This document shows, in pieces, positions 26,670-35,077 of a stretch of 44,448 nucleotides of DNA. Each line of letters opens with the position of its first letter. Position 1 is the first letter of the stretch. The position numbers and the translations under genes were made by a program. This stretch comes from a virus. Taxonomy: Duplodnaviria; Caudoviricetes. The notes under the pieces were generated by a model. The model had not been told where the DNA came from. It saw only the letters and a program-made list of their open reading frames with translations, and made no database searches. Location of the stretch: positions 1 to 44,448 of the IMG/VR virus record IMGVR_UViG_3300038673_000329; one strand, given 5' to 3'.

Positions 26670-27026
26670 TCAAGGGTTTTTAAGCTCAGATGCGTGAATT
26701 GCTGAATTGACAGCGCTCTCCTCCGACTGGCTAATCCCTTCGCGAAGCGCACTATCCACCATCCTCCGATGCTCGCCTTCCCTTATGAGGTCGGCAACTG
26801 CTGCCTTGTGGGCTTCCTTACGCTCCAGGCGAGCACTTGCCACTCTTAGTAATTCGGCAAGGTTAGCCTCAGCCTGTTCAAGCCCCCGCTTGCGCCGCTC
26901 CGTATTGTGTTGAAGAGCGAGGGCAGCTTGATGTGCCCTCAACTCCTCCAAAGACATCCGGCCTCTGCGGCCCTGCGGTCCTCGCTTACCCATGCTGTAA
27001 TCTCCTGATGTGATCACCGAGCTCAC
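26670..27026 (-). CDS. Basic coiled-coil hypothetical protein
   Basis: AGGAG RBS favours the internal MGKRGPQGRRGR start. Confidence 0.55.
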   Translation of the reverse strand: MSSVITSGDYSMGKRGPQGRRGRMSLEELRAHQAALALQHNTERRKRGLEQAEANLAELLRVASARLERKEAHKAAVADLIREGEHRRMVDSALREGISQSEESAVNSAIHASELKNP

Positions 27027-27213
27027 ACAACATCATACCGACCGAGGCCACGTACGCAGTTTCGTCGTCCTCGTCCTCGTCAACACCACTTAAGGATTCG
27101 GCATCGTGATACACCTCACCAACGTCCTCACAAGTGTAAAGGAGCTTGTCTGTCTCAGCCTGTTCAAGTACGATGATTATCTTGGCGCCATCTGCTGTCT
27201 TTGTTACCTTCAT
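26986..27213 (-). CDS. Small acidic hypothetical protein
   Basis: ATGA-coupled; AAGGAGG RBS. Confidence 0.6.
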   Translation of the reverse strand: MKVTKTADGAKIIIVLEQAETDKLLYTCEDVGEVYHDAESLSGVDEDEDDETAYVASVGMMLCELGDHIRRLQHG

Positions 27214-27401
27214 ACTTCAATGTCCTCCTTATTCATTTCAACTGATGTCATAATGCAGCCACAGATGTCATCCTGAGACTTAATGATCTCAAGGATCTCT
27301 TCGGAATCGTGCGCTCCTAGGGGGATTGGTTTGTCGTCGGATGTTTCATCGTACTCATAGAGGGCGACTTTGATGGTGATTACGTTACACGAGAGTTTCA
27401 T
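27210..27401 (-). CDS. Small acidic hypothetical protein
   Basis: AAGGAGG RBS. Confidence 0.65.
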   Translation of the reverse strand: MKLSCNVITIKVALYEYDETSDDKPIPLGAHDSEEILEIIKSQDDICGCIMTSVEMNKEDIEV

Positions 27402-27430
27402 AGTATGCCTCCTTGTTGTTGTTTTTTTCT

Positions 27431-27631
27431 TTAGTTAATCAGGGAATTGAGTTTGTTGATGATTGTTCTGAGTTCGGCTGTCTCGTGTGTGAGCCACTCA
27501 GTATCCTCCTCGTACGTCGCATCTTCGGGATTCAAGTTATGGCGCGTGGTGTTGAGATCATCGATGCCATCTAATAACCAGGCGATCATAGTATTGATCT
27601 CAGTTTCGGTAAACGTGTGCGTGTGTTTCAT
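27431..27631 (-). CDS. Small acidic hypothetical protein
   Basis: AAGGAGG RBS. Confidence 0.65.
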   Translation of the reverse strand: MKHTHTFTETEINTMIAWLLDGIDDLNTTRHNLNPEDATYEEDTEWLTHETAELRTIINKLNSLIN

Positions 27632-27662
27632 TTTCTTTTGCCTCCTTGTTTGTTATTGTTTA

Positions 27663-27965
27663 TTACGCAACGTATGCGTAAAAGTAATCTCTGTCAACAT
27701 AATTGGGAATGTTGAATGATTCATCAAAGAAATCAATCATCGGAACGATTCCGTCATTGAATGCTTGTTTGTACGCGGTTACTTCTTCGATGAATCTGAT
27801 GATTCTGATGTAGTTAACTTTTTCTTCTGCCGTAAATGCTGTTACCGGTTTCAGACTATCGAAGCCTGGATAGTACTTAAGGGCGATTCTTAACTTGCCG
27901 ATATTTTTGTAACGAACATCAAATTCTTCAACTGCGAATCTCTCAGCGACTGTCATTTTCAGCAT
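27663..27965 (-). CDS. Hypothetical early protein
   Basis: AAGGAGG directly before MLKMTVAERF; the longer 28118 start would span a promoter. Confidence 0.6.
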   Translation of the reverse strand: MLKMTVAERFAVEEFDVRYKNIGKLRIALKYYPGFDSLKPVTAFTAEEKVNYIRIIRFIEEVTAYKQAFNDGIVPMIDFFDESFNIPNYVDRDYFYAYVA

Positions 27966-28019
27966 CCTCCTTATTTGTTTGTCAAATTTTGGATTCGAGA
28001 TTAGTTTATCTCTATTATT

Positions 28020-28048
28020 ATTATACCATGTCGCATTTGCGATTTCAA
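28020..28048 (-). promoter_or_regulatory. SigA-type promoter with extended -10
   Basis: TTGAAA-17 nt-TATAAT with TGG immediately before the -10. Confidence 0.8.
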
Positions 28049-28135
28049 TAGTACGTACCGAGATTGCATATTTATTTTTATTCCATGGCCGACGCCTCGA
28101 GCCCTCCCTATGCCGCACTGTCTCGAGCTCCCTCT

Positions 28136-28274
28136 ATGTCGGCATATGCGGCCGGCCCGGGCTGGGCGGCGGATGCTGCCGGAAGGCCGGCAAAGGCCGC
28201 AGAGTTTAGGGGCAGGGAAATGTCGGCATATGCCGCCTGGGGGGGGGGGGAGGTTGGTAAAAGTTGGCATATGC
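28136..28274. repeat. Three GGCATATGC palindromic motifs and a G12 tract
   Basis: Copies at 28141, 28225, 28266; ATGTCGGCATATGC identical at 28136 and 28220; G12 at 28239-28250. Confidence 0.8.
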
Positions 28275-28292
28275 TGCCCGACAGTTGGGGAT

Positions 28293-28326
28293 AAAAAAGG
28301 GGGAAGGACTAAGCAGTCCTTCCCCA
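28293..28326 (-). terminator. Intrinsic terminator
   Basis: GGGGAAGGACT-gctt-AGTCCTTCCCC followed by CTTTTTT on the minus strand. Confidence 0.85.
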
Positions 28327-28367
28327 GGGTGTTCCCGGTGGTCGGGGTTGTGTGTTACCTCTGCGTG

Positions 28368-28520
28368 TTAGTTAGATTCGCAATCACTACATTCGTTATT
28401 CTCAATCGCGTTGGCGTACATCTCCATTGGGTTGATCTCGACGGTATCACCATTATCCAAGATCAGTATGGTTGTGGTCATGTCCCGATTGTCGGTCTCT
28501 ACGATTCTGCGAGTGGTCAT
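28368..28520 (-). CDS. Small early protein (50 aa)
   Basis: Hand translation MTTRRIVETDNRDMTTTILILDNG...ESN*; GGAGG RBS. Confidence 0.6.
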   Translation of the reverse strand: MTTRRIVETDNRDMTTTILILDNGDTVEINPMEMYANAIENNECSDCESN

Positions 28521-28569
28521 TTTGTTTTGCCTCCATTTTTTTTTTTGATGGTGGTGAGGGAGGAGGTTG

Positions 28570-28737
28570 TTACACCTCCTCGATCTCCCCGGTCTTCCAG
28601 TTGTACTGGAACACGTGCTTCCCTACGCGGATCGTGTATCCGCCCTTGATGTACACCTTCAGATCATCCCAGGTGGGCTCGTTGCCGATCCGGGCTCTGA
28701 AGAACTCTATGAACTTCCGAAACATTGCGTAATCCAT
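28570..28737 (-). CDS. Small early protein (55 aa)
   Basis: Hand translation MDYAMFRKFIEFFRARIGNEPTWDDL...EIEEV*; AAAGGA RBS. Confidence 0.65.
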   Translation of the reverse strand: MDYAMFRKFIEFFRARIGNEPTWDDLKVYIKGGYTIRVGKHVFQYNWKTGEIEEV

Positions 28738-28771
28738 AATTGTTCCTTTCTCCCCCGGTGGGGGAGGGAGG

Positions 28772-29206
28772 TTATACCTCCCTCGGTCCTTGGTGTTCGA
28801 AGGTATCCAGGTTCATGACTCGGGGCTTCGTCTTGCCGATCTCCATGAAGACCAGGTGATCTGCGGTGGCCATCAGGATCTCGAACTGTCCGGGGAAGTT
28901 ACGGAACTCGACTGTCTGTCCTACCTGCCAGCTGACGTTCTTCGCGCGGGGCGGCTTCTTACCGGCTGCCAGCTCGTCGAAGTTCGGAAGCTCCAGGTCC
29001 GGTCCGTGCTTCCGGATCAGTGCGTCTGCGACTGCGCTGTAGTTGACGCTATCCGGGTCGTACGGTACTCCGGGTACCGGCTTGCGGCTCTCGCGGAGGA
29101 GGACCTGGTAGGTCGCATCGGTGGCGAGTGCCAGCTGGCGGAGGCTCACTTCGGGGTGCGTCTCGAAGCCGGTCTGGAGGAGGGCAGCGATCTCATTGCG
29201 CTTCAT
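28772..29206 (-). CDS. Paralogous family member 3
   Basis: SLRQLALAT...RKPVPGVPYDPDSVNYSA...KPRVMNLDTFEHQG; AAAGGA RBS before MKRNEIAALL. Confidence 0.75.
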   Translation of the reverse strand: MKRNEIAALLQTGFETHPEVSLRQLALATDATYQVLLRESRKPVPGVPYDPDSVNYSAVADALIRKHGPDLELPNFDELAAGKKPPRAKNVSWQVGQTVEFRNFPGQFEILMATADHLVFMEIGKTKPRVMNLDTFEHQGPREV

Positions 29207-29478
29207 AGTGGTGTCCTTTCTGAGCTCTAGGCTCTGTGCCACACTTGGCAGTGGCCTGCCGATTTATCGTTCGCTCTGCGAGCGTAGCGATCGCTGTGTT
29301 TGTAGCTATTCAGTTGTCAAGGTCCGCCGGTGCCGGGGCTGGGCCCCCGCCCTGGGGTTGTACAGGGCGCTCGCGCTGCTGCTATCCTCGCGGCGTTCCG
29401 ATTCTTTCTCAGCTACGTAAGTAGTACGGATTATCTAACTCGCTCGGAGCCGGCAGCGCTGTTCATGCCGGGTTCTCG

Positions 29479-29629
29479 ATTTTTAATATTTAATATTTTT
29501 ATAAATATTAAAATATTAAGTTATAAAAGTTCGTTATAATAATTATAAATAATAATTATTTTTTATAATATTTATTATTTATTCTTTATTATATTTATAT
29601 TATAATATAAAATAAAAAATTATAAAATA
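29479..29629. other. Almost pure A/T tract (~150 bp)
   Basis: Only a handful of G/C bases; contains several TATAAT-like hexamers; flanked by GC-rich DNA. Confidence 0.85.
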
Positions 29630-29641
29630 GCCCAGGCATTA

Positions 29642-29869
29642 TCAACCTGCAGATGTTCGGGACTGTAGACTGATCGCAACACACCTTACCAACAGTACCC
29701 CATCCCAACAATTCAGCACCCTAAGTGCTTGCGCCCTATCCTTCACTAGACAGACTTTTAACATGAGTTCCACCCATTCTTTTCTCCTGCCAATCAGTGA
29801 CTCGATCAGCATGCGATCGCAATCCGCTAATGTTCCGCGCTCAAAGGCCCACTGCAATAGCTCTAACAT
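29642..29869 (-). CDS. Possible hypothetical protein
   Basis: GGGAGG RBS before MLELLQWAFERG; no recognisable motif. Confidence 0.35.
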   Translation of the reverse strand: MLELLQWAFERGTLADCDRMLIESLIGRRKEWVELMLKVCLVKDRAQALRVLNCWDGVLLVRCVAISLQSRTSAG

Positions 29870-30036
29870 CACAATATCCTCCCAATTTCTAATGGCTTTA
29901 GCTGTAGCACTAGTGCTCAAAAATAACATCAAAGATCCCGGGACCAATTGCCTCAGCGGCCGCTTCGCGGCCGGTGGTTTAATCCTGTTCAAGTACCCGA
30001 TTTCTGTGGGGTGCACGCCCCTTGAAATGTGTACCC

Positions 30037-30065
30037 TTGCAAAATTCGCTATCTAATTATATAAT
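30037..30065 (+). promoter_or_regulatory. SigA-type promoter for packaging/structural operon
   Basis: TTGCAA-17 nt-TATAAT about 50 nt upstream of the first + strand gene. Confidence 0.75.
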
Positions 30066-30117
30066 ATAAAAAAAGGATGTACCATTCAAGGCTACCGATA
30101 GGAAGGGGGTTGCGGCC

Positions 30118-30627
30118 ATGACCTGCAGCGTATGCAATCATGAAAAACGTGCTGAAATCGAGCAAGCGTTACTTTGTCGCTCGATGGGCGATTTATCCGT
30201 AACCATTGAGTCAATTGCTAAAAAGTATGGCTTGAAGCCTATAGATGTTCAGATTCATACGCTTATGCATGCTGCAATGCCCGTTAGTAACGGCATTGAC
30301 GACAAGCCGACCACACTAGTTGAATCTGTGCGGTTTAAGGAAGCGGAATCACTTCGTCAAAGTACATTTGAATATCAGAATACACTGACTTTGCTGGGCG
30401 CGAAATTGCGCGAAGAGATCAGCGCTCATACCGATACAAATCCTACATTACAAAAGCTGTCTCGCGCGACGGTTGATCTCTATCTTGGGCTGGGTGGAGA
30501 AATTAGGAGCGCGGTCGATTCGTTGGTGCGCATGAATAACATGATAAACGGCGAAGATAACGGTGGTCTGAAAGGCCTTGCCGATCTGGTGACTGCTATC
30601 AGATCTTCCGGAAAGCCTTCTGAGTGA
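30118..30627 (+). CDS. Probable terminase small subunit
   Basis: CSVCNH...HTH (IESIAKKYGL)...H; overlaps terL start. Confidence 0.7.
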   Translation: MTCSVCNHEKRAEIEQALLCRSMGDLSVTIESIAKKYGLKPIDVQIHTLMHAAMPVSNGIDDKPTTLVESVRFKEAESLRQSTFEYQNTLTLLGAKLREEISAHTDTNPTLQKLSRATVDLYLGLGGEIRSAVDSLVRMNNMINGEDNGGLKGLADLVTAIRSSGKPSE

Positions 30628-31907
30628 TCCAATTTAAGGAATTCAGCCCGAAGGCGCTAGACTTCATTGCGAATTCCAATGCGCGTCTAAATATTGCGCA
30701 CGGTTCGGTTCGTTCCTCAAAAACCGTAAACTGTTCCGTCCGGTGGTTAACGTTTCTCGTAGACGGGCCGCCGGGCGACCTATTTATGATAGGTAAGACA
30801 ATCGCGACGTTACAGCGTAACGTACTGAACGATATTCGCGATATCGTGGGTGAAAAAAATTTCCACTGGGTAAATAGGCAGCAGGGTGAACTTCTATTGT
30901 TCGGCCGTCGTGTGTACTGCATCGGTGCGAACAATGAGGATGCAGAAACAAAGATTCGCGGTGCAACAATTGCAGGCGCCTATTGCGATGAAGCTAACTT
31001 ATACCCTGAGGGTTTCTTCGCACAGCTGATGGCCCGTATGTCCGTTAAGGGTGCTTGTTGTTTTTGCAACTGCAATCCTGATTCGCCATACCATTGGTTC
31101 TATACCGGATACATAATGAACGAAAAGATCAAGAACAAAAAAGTTTGGCATTTCAATATGGATGACAACCTTAGTCTTGATCCCGAGTATAAGGAATCGT
31201 TGAAGCAGATGTATCACGGTGTATTCTATCGTCGGTACATTTTAGGCGAGTGGTGCGTGGCTGAGGGCATGATTTACGACATGTTCGACATCAATACATG
31301 CGTAAAGAAAATTCCGCTAGTCACCTTCCGCAATCAGGAAAAAGTAAAGTTACTACTCGCGCCGGGTGAGGAGCCCGATCCAGTAGTGTGTATGTTCGTG
31401 TCGTGCGACTATGGTACATCAACCGTAATGACTTGGTCCCTTATGGCAGCGCTTAAAAGTGGTCGTATTTATAAGCGGGCCGAATATTATTACGATGCTG
31501 TATATCATTCGACGCAGAAGACGGACAGCATGTTTATCCGCGAGTTTAAAGTCTGGTTGGATTCATTTCCGGTTGTGCAGGATATGGGCGGTGTGTACCT
31601 TGTGTACGTTGACCCATCGGCGGCTTCGTGGAAGTTGGAACTTATGAACGCGGGATATGCGGTGTACAATGCGAATAACGATGTTATAAATGGTATTCGT
31701 GTTGTTGGTAATATGTTAGCTACAGGACAGTTTATCATCGATCCGTCCTGTACGAACACGTTGCGTGAGTACTCGAACTATTCTTGGGATCCGGTCGCAC
31801 AGAAAATGGGCGTTGATAAACCCATTAAACAAAATGACCATACATGTGATGCGGACCGTTATGGCCTGTACACATATACGGGCGGCAGATTTGCGGGGGT
31901 GTATTGA
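30624..31907 (+). CDS. terL: Terminase large subunit (PBSX-like)
   Basis: HGSVRSSKT, IRG...DE, NP..P.HW, DYG, DPSA, NDHTCDADRY. Confidence 0.95.
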   Translation: MIQFKEFSPKALDFIANSNARLNIAHGSVRSSKTVNCSVRWLTFLVDGPPGDLFMIGKTIATLQRNVLNDIRDIVGEKNFHWVNRQQGELLLFGRRVYCIGANNEDAETKIRGATIAGAYCDEANLYPEGFFAQLMARMSVKGACCFCNCNPDSPYHWFYTGYIMNEKIKNKKVWHFNMDDNLSLDPEYKESLKQMYHGVFYRRYILGEWCVAEGMIYDMFDINTCVKKIPLVTFRNQEKVKLLLAPGEEPDPVVCMFVSCDYGTSTVMTWSLMAALKSGRIYKRAEYYYDAVYHSTQKTDSMFIREFKVWLDSFPVVQDMGGVYLVYVDPSAASWKLELMNAGYAVYNANNDVINGIRVVGNMLATGQFIIDPSCTNTLREYSNYSWDPVAQKMGVDKPIKQNDHTCDADRYGLYTYTGGRFAGVY

Positions 31908-31908
31908 T

Positions 31909-33411
31909 ATGTTGCATGATTTGTCATGGCTTGCTCCGGGGCAACTCTTTCCGCCCAGTAGCGAGAGAGTTCGGCTGAAAAGATACGAGGATAATCGTAA
32001 AATCTTCGATACGGAAATGCCGGATTTCTACGAAGAATATGCGCGTCGAATAGATCGCGTTGTCGGCAATTTTTCTGATGTCATTAGCTTTCCTATTATA
32101 TTTAATTACCAGCGATTGATGTCCATGAAGATGGCGGACTTGGTGTGCGGCGAGTATCCTACCATTACGGGTGAGAACGATGAGCTGACCACTATGCTGG
32201 CTGATATACAATATGATACGGATTTCAACGCTAAGATGTACACCACGGTTATTGACACGAGTCGATACGGTGATAGCGTATGGCGTGTCTTCCGCAAGGA
32301 CGGTAAGAACACCTTCACGGTATGGGAGCCGGATCAGTGGTTTCCGATCGTTTCGCAGGATGGTACCAACACGATTGAAAAGCACGTTTTGTGCTGGCAG
32401 GAAAACCGCGGAACGGAGCTTGAACCGGAATGGTACCTTGTGGCGCAAATACATGAGGTTGGTAGTTACGATCAGCGCACTTTCAAGATGGATCGTATGG
32501 GCGGCCATATACACGAGAAGGTTGAATCGAAGCGTGTACCGACTGGCTTGCCCATCAATGCGGTTATCCACGTGAAGGCGTTTTCCACAACCGATACGGT
32601 ATACGGTTTTGATGATTACTCGCAGGTAGATTCAATACTATGTGAGCTCATGGAGCGTGTAGCGCAGGTCAGCGTCATACTTGATAAGCATGCCGATCCC
32701 GTACTTACTGGTCCGATCACAATGCTCACTGTCGATGAAAAGACAGGTAAGCGTTATCTCGAACGCGGTAAGTTCTTTGCCACAGCGCAAGGCGATAACG
32801 CACCCGAGTATCTTACGTGGGATGGCCAATTGGAAGCTTCCTTTAAGCAGATCGAGTTTCTGATTGACCAGCTGTACATCTTGTCCGAGATGGGCTCCGC
32901 TCTAGCAGGTGCGCGAGATAGTACATTCCAAGCTGTATCCGGCATGGCAATGCGTTTCAAGATGATTACGCCACTGGCTAAAGCAAGACGTATATCCAAT
33001 GCGCTGACGCGTAATGTGCAAATTTTACTTTCGGCCATATCCTCTTATGGATATGCACAGGAAGTTAAAGCGCGCGATATATCGATATCTTGGGCAGACG
33101 GCATTCCCAATGACCCGCGTGAAACGATTGAGTACATCAAGCTTGCAACGGGTGAGAACAAGATCATACCGCTTGATGTGGCGATCAATGAGAATTTGGG
33201 CAGGACGCCAGAGGAAGCCGATGAGTGGATTACCAAGATCGACGAGCGCACACAAGCGCTTGCTGAGGCAGCGGCGGCAGCTTCTGCTAACCTGGATCCC
33301 GATGATCCAGAGCAAAAAGGTAAGAAGACGGGCCCCGTTAAAGGGACGGTCGAATCCACCAAGGGCAGCAAGACGGGTGTTGCAAATCCGAAGAGCCCTA
33401 AAAACGAGTAG
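31909..33411 (+). CDS. Portal protein (SPP1 gp6-like)
   Basis: Follows terL; SGxAMRF motif; likely start is the ATG at 31909. Confidence 0.85.
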   Translation: MLHDLSWLAPGQLFPPSSERVRLKRYEDNRKIFDTEMPDFYEEYARRIDRVVGNFSDVISFPIIFNYQRLMSMKMADLVCGEYPTITGENDELTTMLADIQYDTDFNAKMYTTVIDTSRYGDSVWRVFRKDGKNTFTVWEPDQWFPIVSQDGTNTIEKHVLCWQENRGTELEPEWYLVAQIHEVGSYDQRTFKMDRMGGHIHEKVESKRVPTGLPINAVIHVKAFSTTDTVYGFDDYSQVDSILCELMERVAQVSVILDKHADPVLTGPITMLTVDEKTGKRYLERGKFFATAQGDNAPEYLTWDGQLEASFKQIEFLIDQLYILSEMGSALAGARDSTFQAVSGMAMRFKMITPLAKARRISNALTRNVQILLSAISSYGYAQEVKARDISISWADGIPNDPRETIEYIKLATGENKIIPLDVAINENLGRTPEEADEWITKIDERTQALAEAAAAASANLDPDDPEQKGKKTGPVKGTVESTKGSKTGVANPKSPKNE

Positions 33412-33471
33412 TTAGTTCTTCCTTTCGAGGAATTAAGAAAAGTCGACGGACGTTAAACGGGAGGATTATTT

Positions 33472-34059
33472 ATGGCTACTTTACTTGATTCGCTGAAGAA
33501 GGTTCTCAAGCCCGAAACATATGCGGCCCTACTCGAAGAAGCCGGCGACGATTTCGATTGGTCCGTAGTGCCTTACGCAAGGTTTTCAAAGGTGGTTGGA
33601 GAACGGAATGCGGCCAGACAGCAGCTTGCTGAAGCTGGCGCAAACGGTGGGGACGGCGACCCCGATAAGAAGTTCACGCAGAAAGATATCGATGACGCAG
33701 TTGCGGCAAAGGAAACTGAGCTCAATGCCGCACACGATAAGGCTTTGGGTGAACTTAAGCTGCGTGGCGCTACATTGGAGCTGCTGCGCACGGCCGGAGC
33801 GGTCGATGCGGAACTTATCTACGATTCGGCTAAGTTCGATCGTAGCAAGATTTCGTATGACAAGGACGGCAAGTTGACTGGAGCCGATGAGCTTATTAAG
33901 GAGTTCCAAAAGAACAACCCGAAGCTGTTCGGTGAAGGCGGTGTTGAAGAAGGCACCGGTAAAAGCGGCGGCAAGAACAAGAATGACCAGGCGACGGATA
34001 CTGCTCTTGATGCAATCTTTGGCCTGAATTTCACGTCGACGCTCACCAACAAAGACTAA
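33472..34059 (+). CDS. Capsid scaffolding protein
   Basis: VPYARFSKV...coiled coil...NPKLF; sits between portal and capsid genes. Confidence 0.8.
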   Translation: MATLLDSLKKVLKPETYAALLEEAGDDFDWSVVPYARFSKVVGERNAARQQLAEAGANGGDGDPDKKFTQKDIDDAVAAKETELNAAHDKALGELKLRGATLELLRTAGAVDAELIYDSAKFDRSKISYDKDGKLTGADELIKEFQKNNPKLFGEGGVEEGTGKSGGKNKNDQATDTALDAIFGLNFTSTLTNKD

Positions 34060-34091
34060 CAACTAAATTTTGAAAAGGAGTATTACAAACC

Positions 34092-35042
34092 ATGGCTCAT
34101 AATCTTACGAACCTTATTCAGTCTAAGGTCGTGCCTGGTCTGTACAAACAGTACTACCAGCAGTCCACCACCGCATGGATGGAAGCCAACGCGGCTCGCA
34201 TGGGCGCCGTGTGGAAGGGCGGCAAGTACGTCTACTTTACCGAGATGGAAGTCGAAGGTATGGCGAACTACGACCGTCAGCTTGGTTACGTAAACGGTGA
34301 TGTGGCTGGTTCCAAGATCCAGTACACTATGACTCAGGATCGTGGCCGGCGCTTCCCCATCGATTATCTCGATAACGATGAGACCGGCTTCCTTCTGTCC
34401 GTTGCCAACGTGATGGCCGAGTACAATCGCAAGTGGGTTATCCCCGAGCTCGATTGCTATCGGTACAGCACTATTCACAACATCGTGAAGACCAATCAGC
34501 CGACCTTCGTTAACGACGATGCTATTTTGACTAATAAGATTGTCGAGATGCTTAGCGACGACTTGACCACGATGCGTGACCGGGTTGGCGTGCACATTCC
34601 GATGATTATCGTGATGTCCGGTCTGACACAGCGTTACTTCGGCCGCGAATGGATTCACAACCTGGATTACGTCGGCATGAACAACGGCGTGGTGCAGACC
34701 AAGGTCCGCGCGGTTGACGGCTGCCCGTTCGTGATAGTGCCCAGTGCATACCTCAAGACCAAGTACAACTTCCTTGATGGTACTACACCTGGTCAGGAAG
34801 CCGGTGGTTTCGCCGCGGCCGACGATGCCATCGATATGAAGTGGATGATCTTGCCCATGGATGGTCCGATCGCGATCGTCAAGCACGACAAAGTTCGTGT
34901 ATTCGATCCCGATAACAACCAGCAGGCAAACGGCTGGGCCGTCGACCATCGTATCTTCCACGATTTGTGGATGATGCCCAATGGTTACAACAACTCCTTT
35001 ATTCGTACCGGCACGATTACAGCCCCCGATGATGTGGAATAA
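34092..35042 (+). CDS. Major capsid protein
   Basis: GMANYDR..GY, MTQDRGRRF.ID..D.DET, VIPELD.YRYS, FDPD.NQ motifs of Firmicutes siphovirus capsids. Confidence 0.9.
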   Translation: MAHNLTNLIQSKVVPGLYKQYYQQSTTAWMEANAARMGAVWKGGKYVYFTEMEVEGMANYDRQLGYVNGDVAGSKIQYTMTQDRGRRFPIDYLDNDETGFLLSVANVMAEYNRKWVIPELDCYRYSTIHNIVKTNQPTFVNDDAILTNKIVEMLSDDLTTMRDRVGVHIPMIIVMSGLTQRYFGREWIHNLDYVGMNNGVVQTKVRAVDGCPFVIVPSAYLKTKYNFLDGTTPGQEAGGFAAADDAIDMKWMILPMDGPIAIVKHDKVRVFDPDNNQQANGWAVDHRIFHDLWMMPNGYNNSFIRTGTITAPDDVE

Positions 35043-35077
35043 CAATTCGTAGCCAGTACTTTTGAAAGGAGGCAGCT

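Noticed and set aside
31765-31908. Extended ORF-track starts for portal (31765), connector (36012), TMP (39130) and 27663..28118
   Set aside because: They overlap upstream genes or promoters; internal ATGs with RBSs fit better.
34083-35045. 320-aa minus-strand ORF and other long antisense ORFs (e.g. 12559..13293, 21127..21894, 22103..22816, 31924..32571)
   Set aside because: They shadow well-supported genes on the opposite strand, lack RBSs and motifs, and are expected from codon bias.
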